From contig JACQDK010000011.1 of NCBI GenBank assembly GCA_016201135.1, forward strand, positions 1 to 59,658: DNA of 59,658 nucleotides. The letters are read 5' to 3'. Both the position numbers and the translations under genes were made by a program. Shown here piece by piece: positions 1 to 9,108 of this stretch. Below the pieces are notes generated by a model. That model worked only from the letters and a program-made list of their open reading frames with translations. It was not told where the DNA came from and did not search any database. Each line of letters begins with the position of its first letter. The stretch's first letter is position 1. This DNA is from Actinomycetota bacterium (GTDB taxonomy: Bacteria; Actinomycetota; UBA4738; HRBIN12).

Positions 1-62
1 GCGGCGGTCCCTGCGAGCGGGCCGGCCTCCCGCTCGGAGCTCCTCCCCGGACCGGTACCCTG

Positions 63-848
63 ATGGCCGTGCAGGGATCGGCGGGGGTCATGGCGCTAGT
101 GCTCGGCCAGACGGTGGCCGGTGCCGCGGCGCTGCTGTGGCTCGTGCCGCTCTGGAGCGAGGTCAAGCGCGGGTACTTCAAGCTGTCCGGAGTGATGCTC
201 GCGATCCTCGCGTTCGCCTGGTGGCGCTCGGCGGTGGCAGGGCAGGTGGCGGGGAACGACGCCGGCCGGTGGACGACCCGCCTGGCGCTCGCGACCGTCC
301 TCGTCACGCTCGCGTGGACGCTGCTCCTGTTCGTACGGCAGCAGGGCCTCGCGCACGCGTTGGGTTTCGTCTCGGTGCCCGTCTCTGCGGCCGGGCTCTT
401 CGTGATGGGAGGCGCGGCGCGTCAGCCGGAGATCCTCGCCCTCTTCCAGCTGGCGGCCGGCGGGGCGTTCCTGGGTGCGGTGCTCGACGGGCTGCTGCTG
501 GGCCACTGGTACCTCACCGACCGAGGGCTCTCGCGGGCCCCGATCAACCGGTACACCGTCGTGCTGCTCGTCGCGGTGGCGGTGGAGGTCGTCTCCGTGC
601 TCTCGGCCGGCTTCGGCGGCGTCGCATCGTCCAACGAGATCAACCCGCTGCTCACGGCCGGAGCGCTCGCGCCCTGGATCGCGCTCGGCATGGTCGGCAC
701 GACGGCGCTGATCGCCGTGCTCGTGAAGCTCGCGCTGAAGGGCGAGCGCGCGTCGGCGGTGCAATCGGCCACGGGCTTCTTCTACCTGGCGGTCGTGACG
801 GCCTTCACCGCGGAGGTCGCCGTGAAGGTCCGGTTCCTGCCGGGGTAG
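63..848 (+). CDS. Conserved hypothetical polytopic membrane protein
   Basis: About 7 hydrophobic helices and an LLGHWYL motif. The true start may be GTG 69 (7 nt after TACCCT at 56-61) or ATG 90. Confidence 0.75.
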   Translation: MAVQGSAGVMALVLGQTVAGAAALLWLVPLWSEVKRGYFKLSGVMLAILAFAWWRSAVAGQVAGNDAGRWTTRLALATVLVTLAWTLLLFVRQQGLAHALGFVSVPVSAAGLFVMGGAARQPEILALFQLAAGGAFLGAVLDGLLLGHWYLTDRGLSRAPINRYTVVLLVAVAVEVVSVLSAGFGGVASSNEINPLLTAGALAPWIALGMVGTTALIAVLVKLALKGERASAVQSATGFFYLAVVTAFTAEVAVKVRFLPG

Positions 849-1478
849 GTGGTGCAGGTCGCCGTCGCGGTCGCGGGCGCCCTCTCGGCGGCGGCCGGCT
901 GGTGGTGGGTGGCGTCGGGGCACTCGAGCGTGTTCCGCGTGCTGCCGGCCGTTCACCTGGTACTGGGCTTGCTCTCCCTGTCGCTCCGCGGCAGGGAGCT
1001 CTCCCTCGGCACCTCGGTGGCCGGCTCTGCAGCGGCGGGAATGGGAAGCGGGATCCTGCTCTACGCCGGCACGCTCGCCTTCGTGGCCATCGTCTCCCGG
1101 TGGGGCGTGTTCCGCCGCCACGTCAGGGAGGCCTACGCCGCCGCCGCCCGGGAGCCGCTCGCGCGGCGCCTGGCGCTCTCGCTGGCGGTGTCGGTCCCGG
1201 GCGAGGAGCTCTTCTGGCGCGGTCTGTTCCTGCCGCGGGTCGCGCTCGCATGGGGCTCCGGCGCGGCGGCCCTCGTCGCCGTCGCCGCCTACGTTGCCTC
1301 GAACCTGCCCAGCCGGCGACTGCCGATCGTCGCCGCGGCGATCGTCGGCGGCGGGCTGTGGACGGGCCTGGCCTGGTGGACGGGGGGCGTGCTCGCCCCG
1401 ATAGCCAGCCACATCATGTGGACCGGGCTCATGCTGGTTCGACCGCCAGGTGCCGCGCGAGAGATGATGCCGGCGTGA
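849..1478 (+). CDS. CPBP family intramembrane glutamic endopeptidase (Abi/CAAX-like)
   Basis: EELFWRG motif, C-terminal PIASH motif, multiple TM helices. Confidence 0.85.
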   Translation: MVQVAVAVAGALSAAAGWWWVASGHSSVFRVLPAVHLVLGLLSLSLRGRELSLGTSVAGSAAAGMGSGILLYAGTLAFVAIVSRWGVFRRHVREAYAAAAREPLARRLALSLAVSVPGEELFWRGLFLPRVALAWGSGAAALVAVAAYVASNLPSRRLPIVAAAIVGGGLWTGLAWWTGGVLAPIASHIMWTGLMLVRPPGAAREMMPA

Positions 1479-2422
1479 GCTTCCTGTCGACCGCCGTGCA
1501 GGACGTCCTGGAGGAGGGCGAGTTCTGCTCGGTCGCGGGCCTCACACCCCGGGGGCCCCACTGCACGCCCCTCGTGTTCACGCTCTCCGCCGGCAGGGTC
1601 TGGCTCACGACCTCGCGGCGCTCGGTGAAGGCGCGGGCCTGGTCGGTCGACCCCTCGACCGCGGGGCTGGTCCGCCACGGCGACCTGGCGGTCACGTTCA
1701 GCGGCACCGTGCGCACGTTCGACCTCCTGGACCGGCGCACGTGGGGGGCGACCGTGGCAGAAGGACCCCTGCTCGCGCGCGCCTCCGTGAAGTTCAGCCG
1801 GAAGAACGCGCGGTTCTTCGCGGGCTACGCGGCCGACGCCAAGCAGGTTCCGTTCGCGTGGACGCCGCCCGGTCGCGTGTTCGTGGGCATCGACGTTGAG
1901 CGCACCGCCCTGCTCGACGAGGACGGAGTGCAGGAGGGTTGGAACCGGTGGGGCGGCGACGTGACTTCGCACGACGCGTTCCGTGTGTCGAAGAAGGGCG
2001 AGCCGGCGTTCGGGAAGCTCCCGTTCGACGTTCGCGGCGCCGTCGGGGACGGCGGCGACGGGGCGCTCGCCATCGTCGGCTCGCGCGGGCCCGTCGTCGT
2101 CCCGACGCGCTGGCTCGTGGACGGTGGGGCCCTCTACGCGGCCCTGCCGATCGAGACGCTGGCGCTCGCCGACGCCGGCCCCGAGGCCCCGGTGGCCCTC
2201 ACCGTCGACCGCGCGTCGGCATGGCGCGCCCGCGAGATGGTGGGCGCGATGGTCCAGGGGATGGGCTCGCTCTTCACGCTCCGCGCGGTCGGCGGCGGCG
2301 GGCGGTCGATGAAGGCGGTGCTGAAGGCCGTCGATCCGCGCGCCGACGCGCTGGTTAGGATCGCCCCCTCGCGCCTGGTGTGGTGGCACGGCTGGTCGAG
2401 CGGCAGCGCGAGCGTCGGGTGA
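1475..2422 (+). CDS. Pyridoxamine 5'-phosphate oxidase-like (split-barrel flavin-binding) protein, apparently two tandem domains
   Basis: GTGA overlap with the upstream stop. G-P-H-x-T-P-L-x-F strand pattern. 3' part of the 137..2422 ORF. Confidence 0.7.
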   Translation: MSFLSTAVQDVLEEGEFCSVAGLTPRGPHCTPLVFTLSAGRVWLTTSRRSVKARAWSVDPSTAGLVRHGDLAVTFSGTVRTFDLLDRRTWGATVAEGPLLARASVKFSRKNARFFAGYAADAKQVPFAWTPPGRVFVGIDVERTALLDEDGVQEGWNRWGGDVTSHDAFRVSKKGEPAFGKLPFDVRGAVGDGGDGALAIVGSRGPVVVPTRWLVDGGALYAALPIETLALADAGPEAPVALTVDRASAWRAREMVGAMVQGMGSLFTLRAVGGGGRSMKAVLKAVDPRADALVRIAPSRLVWWHGWSSGSASVG

Positions 2423-2859
2423 CGACGGTCGAGTTCTCAGTCGAGATCGAGGCACCACCCGATCGGGTGTGGGAGGTCACGAGCGATCCCGGGAACCTGC
2501 CGCACTGGGACAAGCACATCGAGCGCGTGTGGCTCCCGTCCTCGGGCCTGGGCCCCGGCGCTCGCTACTCCGTCCGGATGAGGTTCATGACCATCCGGGC
2601 CGACGTCGACGCCGAGGTGCTCGAGTGGGAGCCGCCGTGGCTCGCGAAGGTCAGGCTGAGCGGGCTCCTCGATGCGACGGTCACCACCACGATCGCGTCC
2701 CTGCCGTTCGATCGCGCGTTGCTCCGACAGGAGGCGGAGTACTCCTTCAAGGGGCCGCTCGGAAGGTTCGGGGCGATGAGCCTCGCTGCCGTGGGCGGCG
2801 CGCACCTCGCGCTGCGCCACGGAGTGCTCTCGCAGAAGAGGGAGATCGAGGGCGAGTGA
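2419..2859 (+). CDS. SRPBCC/polyketide cyclase family protein
   Basis: GTGA overlap. VEIEAPPDRVWEV...NLPHW N-terminal signature. Confidence 0.85.
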   Translation: MTTVEFSVEIEAPPDRVWEVTSDPGNLPHWDKHIERVWLPSSGLGPGARYSVRMRFMTIRADVDAEVLEWEPPWLAKVRLSGLLDATVTTTIASLPFDRALLRQEAEYSFKGPLGRFGAMSLAAVGGAHLALRHGVLSQKREIEGE

Positions 2860-2899
2860 CGGGGTCGGTCCGGGCTCCTGCCACCTATCATCGCCCGCG

Positions 2900-3484
2900 A
2901 TGAAGGGGCGAACGATCCTCAAGGGCCTGGCGCTCGGCAGCGCGGCCGTCGCCATCGGTCTCTGGTCCTCCACCGACGAGGGCAGGCAGAAGGACGCCGC
3001 CGCGTTCCGCAAGGTGAACGCGGGGAACGGGCCCGTGGCCGATCGCGCCTACTCCGAGATCACGGAGCTCGGCTCGTGGTGGGCGGCCGGCGCCGCGGCC
3101 GGCGCGCTCGCGGTCGTCGGGCATCGCAGGGCGGCGGCGAAGGCCTTCGCGGCGGCTTCGATCACGTGGCTCGCGGGCCAGGGGCTGAAGCGGGCCTTCG
3201 AGCGGCCCCGGCCCTACGAGGCCGACCCCGAGGGCACGCGCCTGATGATCGGCAAGCCGAACGGCGCGTCTTGGCCGAGTACCCACCCGGCCGTGCTCGT
3301 CACGTTCCTCACCGTGGCCGGCCGGGAGCTGCGGCTCGGGGCGCCCGCCCGACGCACCCTCGGTGCGCTCGGCAACGCCGTGGGCCTGTCGCGCGTCTAC
3401 CTCGGTGTCCATTACCCGTCCGACGTGACCGGAGGGATCCTGCTCGGACGCGCGGTGGCAGAGCTCTTCGGCGCTGCCCGGTAG
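2900..3484 (+). CDS. PAP2 family phosphatase
   Basis: KxxxxRPRP, WPSTH and SRVYLGVHYPSDV motifs. Confidence 0.9.
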   Translation: MKGRTILKGLALGSAAVAIGLWSSTDEGRQKDAAAFRKVNAGNGPVADRAYSEITELGSWWAAGAAAGALAVVGHRRAAAKAFAAASITWLAGQGLKRAFERPRPYEADPEGTRLMIGKPNGASWPSTHPAVLVTFLTVAGRELRLGAPARRTLGALGNAVGLSRVYLGVHYPSDVTGGILLGRAVAELFGAAR

Positions 3485-3494
3485 ACTCTGGCTC

Positions 3495-4523
3495 GTGGAT
3501 CCCGCGCTCGCGGCGATCGGCTGGCCGGTTCTCGACCGATTCCGGTTCGGGAGCTCGTTCGCGATATCACCGCATGGTCTTGGGATCGCGATCGGGTTCA
3601 TGATCGGCGCGTCGCTGCTCACGCGGATCGGGCCGCCGAGGATCGTTCCCGACGACGGCGTCACTCCCACCGAGGAGCTCGAGCGGCGGCGCGAGAACGT
3701 CCGCGCCGACCTCGACAAGATGCTCTTCTGGGCGCTCGTCGGCACGATCGTCGGGGCTCGCCTGTTCTACGTGATCGCGCACTTCTCCGAGTTCAACGGG
3801 TTCATCGACATGCTCGAGATATGGAAGGGCGGGATCTCGCTCCTGGGCGGGATCGCCGGGGCGGTGCTGATCAATCTCCCGAGGATGCGGAAGCTGGGCT
3901 ACGGGTTCTTCAGCGTGATGGACCCCTCGGTGGTGGCCCTAGCGCTAGGGATCGGGATCGGGCGCGTCGGCGACCTCGTGATCGGCGACCACCTCGGCAA
4001 GCCGGCGCAGTGGCTCCTAGCGTGGCAGTACCGAGGAGGGGCGCTGCCGGGGCCGTGGGTGGAGACGGCGCCGGGTCGGTGGGCCGCCCTGCTCACGGGT
4101 GGCTACGTCGAGACCCTCGACCGGGCGGGCTCAGCGCTCTGCAAGGCGCCCGTGTCGGGGCTGCTCTCGTGCACCGGGCAGCCGGTGCTCGCCCACGGGG
4201 TCGGCGTTCACCAGACCGCGCTCTACGACATGATGCTCGCCTGGGTCCTCTTCGCGGCTCTCTGGCAGATGCAGAAGTGGCCGAGGCGCCTGGGCGTGCT
4301 GACGCTCACCTTCGGGGCCTGGTACGGGTGCATGCGGCTCCTGGAGGACTCCCTCCGTATCGACAAGCGGTTCGGCCCGCTCACCGGCTCCCAATGGACG
4401 GCGCTGGTGGTGGCGCTCGTGTGCGCCGCCACGCTCACGACGTGGGCGATCAGGAAGGATCGCGCCGCGCCGCCTGCGAGCGGCCTCGATGATCACGAGC
4501 GGGCAGGTCCGGTGCCGGCCTGA
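3495..4523 (+). CDS. lgt: Prolipoprotein diacylglyceryl transferase
   Basis: GARLFYV, WKGGISLLGG, GRVGDL, HQTALYD and YGCMRLLED motifs. Confidence 0.88.
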   Translation: MDPALAAIGWPVLDRFRFGSSFAISPHGLGIAIGFMIGASLLTRIGPPRIVPDDGVTPTEELERRRENVRADLDKMLFWALVGTIVGARLFYVIAHFSEFNGFIDMLEIWKGGISLLGGIAGAVLINLPRMRKLGYGFFSVMDPSVVALALGIGIGRVGDLVIGDHLGKPAQWLLAWQYRGGALPGPWVETAPGRWAALLTGGYVETLDRAGSALCKAPVSGLLSCTGQPVLAHGVGVHQTALYDMMLAWVLFAALWQMQKWPRRLGVLTLTFGAWYGCMRLLEDSLRIDKRFGPLTGSQWTALVVALVCAATLTTWAIRKDRAAPPASGLDDHERAGPVPA

Positions 4524-4675
4524 CCGGCCTCGGGCGGCCACGCACACGGACCTGCTAATCTGGTTGTCTCGGGCGTCGCCCGAGGGTTCGCGTCGAGCGA
4601 CCGACCGGTGGCTTTCCGCCGTTCCTCTCTCGCCCCACGGATCTTCTCCGCGTTACTGCGGAAGGAGCGATCGCG

Positions 4676-4867
4676 ATGGCCAGCCGGATCGGCAAGGGCG
4701 TGGAGCTCGGCCCGCCGGAGCGGGGCAAGGGGGCCGCGTCTCGTCCCGAGCGAGGTCGGGTCTGCGACCATCTGGGCTGCCAGACGATCCTTTCCACCTA
4801 CAACTCGTCCGTCGTGTGCTGGACGCATGCGGAGCCGTCCTACCGGCATCCGCTGAGCCACAAGTAG
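4676..4867 (+). CDS. Small putative Zn-finger protein (C-x4-C-x12-C-x2-H)
   Basis: AAGGAG SD upstream. RVCDHLGCQTILSTYNSSVVCWTH. Confidence 0.7.
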   Translation: MASRIGKGVELGPPERGKGAASRPERGRVCDHLGCQTILSTYNSSVVCWTHAEPSYRHPLSHK

Positions 4868-4881
4868 ACGAGGAGATCACG

Positions 4882-5058
4882 GTGAGGCAGGCGACGATCA
4901 ACGCGGCGGAGGACTCGTTCATGCAGGAGATCGAGGAGTTCTACTGCCCGGTGTGCGGGGGCGGCCTGTCGCGATCGGACCTCGAGACGCCCGCGCGCGA
5001 CTACTACTGCCCGTTCTGCAGCACTCGCCAGACGCCCTCGACGCTCAAGGCGTCCTGA
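4882..5058 (+). CDS. Small Zn-ribbon protein (CPVC...CPFC)
   Basis: AGGAG SD at 4871-4875, GTG start, two CPxC knuckles. Confidence 0.7.
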   Translation: MRQATINAAEDSFMQEIEEFYCPVCGGGLSRSDLETPARDYYCPFCSTRQTPSTLKAS

Positions 5059-5071
5059 GGCCGGCGCCCCC

Positions 5072-6196
5072 TCAGTGGGCGGCCCCGCCCGGGCCGGCGA
5101 GCAGAGTCAGAGGCTTCCCCACTCTCGATCTCGTCGCCCTCACGACGGCCGTTGCGGCTTCGCGGAGCGCCACGCTGGCGGGCGTGTCGGGGTCGGTGAC
5201 CACGACGGGGCGGCCCACGTCCCCCCCCGCGCGCAGGGCCGGCATCAGCGGAACCTGCGCCATGAGCGGCACGCCGAGCGTCTCCGCCGCCTCTTTCCCG
5301 CCGCCCGAGCCGAAGATCTCGTCCCGCTCCCCGCAGTGTGGGCACACGTAGTAGCTCATGTTCTCGATCACGCCGATCGGGCGCAGGTTCGTGCGCTCGG
5401 CCATCTTCCCTGCGCGCTCGGCCACCTTCCGGGCGGCCTCCTGCGGCGTCGTCACGACGAGCATCGCCGCGCCCGGAAGGAAGGAGGCGAGGGAGATGGC
5501 GACGTCACCGGTGCCCGGGGGCAGGTCGCAGAGCAGGAAGTCCAGGTCTCCCCAGTACACGTCGCCCAGGAACTGCTCGATCGCCTTGTGCAGCATCGGG
5601 CCGCGCCAGATCACCGGCGTCTCCTCCGGCACGAAGAAGCCCATCGAGATCACCTTCACGCCGTGCGCCTCGAGCGGCAGGATCATGTCGTCGAACCCGA
5701 CCGGCTTGCCCGTCACGCCGATCATGCGCGGCACGCTGAAGCCCCACACGTCGGCGTCGAGGATGCCGACGCGGTAGCCCTCTGCCGCGAGCGCGCACGC
5801 CAGGTTCACCGTGACGCTCGACTTCCCGACACCGCCCTTGCCGGACGCCACCGCGATGATCGAGGTCGACTCGGGGAAGTTGATCTTCGACGGCTGCGGC
5901 GCGGCCGGTGAGCCGCCCCTGAGCTGGTGCACGAGCGCCTCGCGCTGCTCCTGGCTCATGGGGGAAAGGTGGACGTCGACGTTCGCGACGCCGTCCAGCG
6001 GCGCCACCGCGTTCGTCACGTCGCTCGTGATGCGGTCCTTGAGGGGGCAGCCCTCGATCGTGATCAGAACGTCCACGCGGACGGTGCCGCCCTCGACCTC
6101 GATGCCCCGCAGCATTCCGATGTCCTCGATCGGCTTGCCGATCTCCGGATCCATCACCCGTCGAAGGGCCTGGCGGACCTGCTCCTCGGTGACCAC
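5072..6196 (-). CDS. mrp: Mrp/NBP35/ApbC Fe-S cluster carrier ATPase with N-terminal DUF59-like domain
   Basis: DPEIG N-terminus, SGKGGVGKS Walker A, DLPPGTGD, CPHC. GGGAGG SD precedes GTG 6196. Confidence 0.93.
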   Translation of the reverse strand: MVTEEQVRQALRRVMDPEIGKPIEDIGMLRGIEVEGGTVRVDVLITIEGCPLKDRITSDVTNAVAPLDGVANVDVHLSPMSQEQREALVHQLRGGSPAAPQPSKINFPESTSIIAVASGKGGVGKSSVTVNLACALAAEGYRVGILDADVWGFSVPRMIGVTGKPVGFDDMILPLEAHGVKVISMGFFVPEETPVIWRGPMLHKAIEQFLGDVYWGDLDFLLCDLPPGTGDVAISLASFLPGAAMLVVTTPQEAARKVAERAGKMAERTNLRPIGVIENMSYYVCPHCGERDEIFGSGGGKEAAETLGVPLMAQVPLMPALRAGGDVGRPVVVTDPDTPASVALREAATAVVRATRSRVGKPLTLLAGPGGAAH

Positions 6197-6214
6197 GCGG
6201 GCGTCCTCCCGTTT

Positions 6215-6240
6215 CCGTGATAAACACGGTGGGAACCGTG
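6215..6240. promoter_or_regulatory. Two overlapping palindromes in the divergent mrp/regulator spacer, putative operator
   Basis: CCGTG-ATAAA-CACGG (6215-6229) and CACGGT-GGGA-ACCGTG (6225-6240). Confidence 0.45.
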
Positions 6241-6273
6241 CTTTCCCCATGATACGGCCCGCGGAGGCGTCCG

Positions 6274-6945
6274 ATGCCTGAGCCGTCCGACCTGGAGGTC
6301 CACAAGGCGCTCGCCGACGACACCCGACACCGCCTCTACCGGTACCTGCGACTGTCGCGCCGGCCGGTGAGCGTCCGGGAGCTCTCGGCGCGGCTCTCGC
6401 TCCATCCGAACACGCTCAGACCGCACCTGCGCAGGCTCGAGGAGGCTGGACTCGTGGCCACCGAGGCCAGCAAGGGCGCCACCGTCGGCCGCCCGCAGAC
6501 GCTCTACGTCGCGATCGAGCGCGAGGAGGGGGAGGGCCGGGACTACCGGCTGCTCGCCGACATCCTCACCGGCCTGCTCACCGGGGCGCGAGCGCGCGAG
6601 CGCGCCCATGACCTGGCGCGCGACTGGGGGGAGTATCTCGTGGGCAGGAGCGTCCCGAAGCCGGGCGCCCGCAAGCCCTCCGGCCCGAACCTGGCCCTCC
6701 TGCAGGAGGCCCTCGCCGAGGCAGGCTTCGACCCAAGGTTCCGCCGCAAGGGGACGAGGATCGTCGAGATCACCCTGCGCCACTGCCCGTTCCGCGACCT
6801 CGCCGAAGAGCACGGGGACCTCGTCTGCGCGATCCACCGCGGCCTGCTGGAGGGGATGCTCGGGGGCTCCCGCCCGCCCCTTCGCATGACCGAGTTCCTT
6901 CCGCTCACCGACCGGCAGGTGTGCCGGATCATCGCCAGGACCTGA
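6274..6945 (+). CDS. ArsR/SufR-like winged-helix transcriptional regulator with C-terminal CPF...CxxH motif
   Basis: LSLHPNTLRPHLRRLEEAGLV HTH, GRP motif, HCPFRDLAEEHGDLVCAIH. Confidence 0.85.
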   Translation: MPEPSDLEVHKALADDTRHRLYRYLRLSRRPVSVRELSARLSLHPNTLRPHLRRLEEAGLVATEASKGATVGRPQTLYVAIEREEGEGRDYRLLADILTGLLTGARARERAHDLARDWGEYLVGRSVPKPGARKPSGPNLALLQEALAEAGFDPRFRRKGTRIVEITLRHCPFRDLAEEHGDLVCAIHRGLLEGMLGGSRPPLRMTEFLPLTDRQVCRIIART

Positions 6946-6975
6946 GCCCCGGCGCTCCGGGGTGGCTCCGGGGCT
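6945..6975 (+). terminator. GC-rich hairpin after the regulator gene
   Basis: AGCCCCGG (6945-6952) pairs with CCGGGGCT (6968-6975). No clear U-tract. Confidence 0.3.
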
Positions 6976-7056
6976 TGAGTCCGGGCGGATCGCTTCCGAT
7001 GCACTTCTCGGCGCCCGGCGCCGGCGCTCGCGAGGAAGGCGAGGGAGGGAGATACG

Positions 7057-8169
7057 ATGGAGGGGACGAGGTCACCGGTCGTCGTCGAGTTCGACGGTTG
7101 GCTGACTCGGCTGGTTGGCGGCGAGGGCTCCGATCTGCACGTGAAGGTCGGGTCGTCGCCGCTGATCCGCATGCCGGACGGCCTGCTGCGGCTCTCCCGC
7201 GACCCGCTCACGCCGCCGGAGACGCTGGCGATCGCCGAACACGTCGTTCCCGCGGACCGCAGGGCCCGCCTGGAAGAGAGCGGCGAGGTCGACTTCGCCT
7301 ACTCGCTGCCGGACGTCGGCCGCTTCCGCGCCAACGTGTTCAAGCAGCGCGGCTCCGTCAGCATGGTGCTGCGCAAGCTCAGGTTCGGCGGGCCCTCGTT
7401 CGAGGAGATCGGGATGCCCGACGCCGTGCGCACGCTCGCCGAGGAGCACCGGGGACTGATCCTCGTGACCGGTCCCACGGGCGCGGGGAAGACGACGACG
7501 ATCGCGGCGATGATCGAGCACATCAACCGGACGAAGCCCGTTCACATCGTCACGATCGAGGATCCGATCGAGGTGCTTCACAAGGACGATCTCGCGGAGA
7601 TCAACCAGCGCGAGGTCGGCAACGACACGAAGGACTTCCTGTCGGCGCTGCGCGCGGCGCTCCGCCAGGACCCCGACGTGATCGTGATCGGGGAGATGCG
7701 CGACACCGAGACCGTGCGCGCGGCGATCCAGGCCGCCGACACGGGCCACCTCGTGCTGTCGACGCTCCACACGGTCGACGCGACCGAGACGGTGAACCGC
7801 GTCATCGACTTCTTCCCGCCGCACCAACAGCAGCAGATCCGCTACGCGCTCGCCGGTACCCTGCGCGGGATCATCTGCCAGAGGCTGCTCCCCACGATCG
7901 ACGGCTCACGCGCGCCGGCGCTCGAGATCCTCGTGAACACCGGCCGGGTCGCGGAACGGATCGTCGATCCCGAGAAGACCAACGAGATCAAAGACGTGAT
8001 CGCGGAGGGCGGCTACTACGGCATGTCGACGTTCGACCAGGGGCTCCTGGAGCTAGTGCAGCGAGGCCGCGTGACCGTGGAGGCCGCGATGAAAGCGGTC
8101 TCGTCGCCCCACGACTTCACGCTGGCGTTGCAGCAGGCCGGCCTCGAGGCCCCGGCGATCTCGGTCTAG
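7057..8169 (+). CDS. pilT: PilT/PilU family type IV pilus retraction ATPase
   Basis: GPTGAGKTT, TIEDPIE, ALRQDPDVIVIGEMRD, HLVLSTLH. Confidence 0.92.
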   Translation: MEGTRSPVVVEFDGWLTRLVGGEGSDLHVKVGSSPLIRMPDGLLRLSRDPLTPPETLAIAEHVVPADRRARLEESGEVDFAYSLPDVGRFRANVFKQRGSVSMVLRKLRFGGPSFEEIGMPDAVRTLAEEHRGLILVTGPTGAGKTTTIAAMIEHINRTKPVHIVTIEDPIEVLHKDDLAEINQREVGNDTKDFLSALRAALRQDPDVIVIGEMRDTETVRAAIQAADTGHLVLSTLHTVDATETVNRVIDFFPPHQQQQIRYALAGTLRGIICQRLLPTIDGSRAPALEILVNTGRVAERIVDPEKTNEIKDVIAEGGYYGMSTFDQGLLELVQRGRVTVEAAMKAVSSPHDFTLALQQAGLEAPAISV

Positions 8170-8176
8170 GGCTTCC

Positions 8177-9106
8177 TCAGGCCGACGCTCCGGCGCCCTT
8201 CTCGCCGTCCCCGAAGGATCTGCTCGCCATGCCCGACACCCCGGCGAGCAGCGTCGCGAGCTCCATCGGGATCACGAACTTCGTCGAGGGCGACGAGCCG
8301 ATCTGCTTCAGCGCTTCGAGGTACTGAAGGCTCATCGTGTTGCCGTCCACGCCGTGCGCGGTCTCGAAGATCTTCTGGAGCGCCGCGGCGAAGCCCTCCG
8401 CGCGCAGGACCGCCGCCTGCCGCTCGCCCTCGGCGTTAAGGATCGCGGCCTGCTTCGCGCCCTCGGCGTTCAGGATCGCCGACTGCTTGTTGCCCTCCGC
8501 CACGGTGATGGCGGCCTGCTTCTGGCCCTCGGCCTCGGTCACGACCGCGCGCCGCGTGCGCTCGGCCGACATCTGACGGGTCATGGCCTCCTGCACGCTG
8601 GGCGGCGGGATGATCTCGCGGATCTCCACGTTCGTGACCTTCACGCCCCAACGCTCGGTGACCTCGTCGAGCTTCACGCGGAGCACCTCGTTCATCTGCT
8701 CGCGCTTGGCCAGGACGTCGTCGAGGGACATGTCGCCCACCACTGAGCGCAGGGTCGTGGCGGCGATGTTCTGCGCGGCGCCCGCGAAGTTGCCGACCGA
8801 CAGGATCGACATCTGCGCGTCGACGACCTTGTTGAACACGATGAAGTCGATCGAGATCCCCGCGTTGTCCTCGGTGATGGCCGCCTGGTGCGGGATCTCG
8901 AGGTACTGCTCGCGCAGGTCCACGCGAACCACCCGGTCGATGACGGGGATGATGAGGATGAACCCGGGGCCGCGGACGCCGACGCAGCGCCCCAGCCTGA
9001 ACAGCACCAGCCTCTGGTACTCCGGCACGATCTTTATCGCCCTCGGCAGGATCAAGATCGCCAGCAGGAGGATCACTCCCAGCGCGATCAGCGGACCGGT
9101 CACCAC
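8177..9106 (-). CDS. SPFH/band 7 (stomatin-like) protein
   Basis: VDLRE, TTLRSVVGDM, RWGVKVTNVEI, and an AEG-x-K-x-A coiled-coil repeat. Confidence 0.93.
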   Translation of the reverse strand: MVTGPLIALGVILLLAILILPRAIKIVPEYQRLVLFRLGRCVGVRGPGFILIIPVIDRVVRVDLREQYLEIPHQAAITEDNAGISIDFIVFNKVVDAQMSILSVGNFAGAAQNIAATTLRSVVGDMSLDDVLAKREQMNEVLRVKLDEVTERWGVKVTNVEIREIIPPPSVQEAMTRQMSAERTRRAVVTEAEGQKQAAITVAEGNKQSAILNAEGAKQAAILNAEGERQAAVLRAEGFAAALQKIFETAHGVDGNTMSLQYLEALKQIGSSPSTKFVIPMELATLLAGVSGMASRSFGDGEKGAGASA

Positions 9107-9108
9107 GG

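Noticed and set aside
137-1474. 5' part of the 761-aa ORF 137..2422 as one long protein
   Set aside because: It is an Arg/Gly/Ala-rich shadow frame over two real genes; only the part from GTG 1475 is protein-like.
7057-8169. pilT as a marker of a pilus, conjugation or competence island
   Set aside because: There are no pilin, PilB/PilC or relaxase genes in the window; stand-alone pilT paralogues are common.
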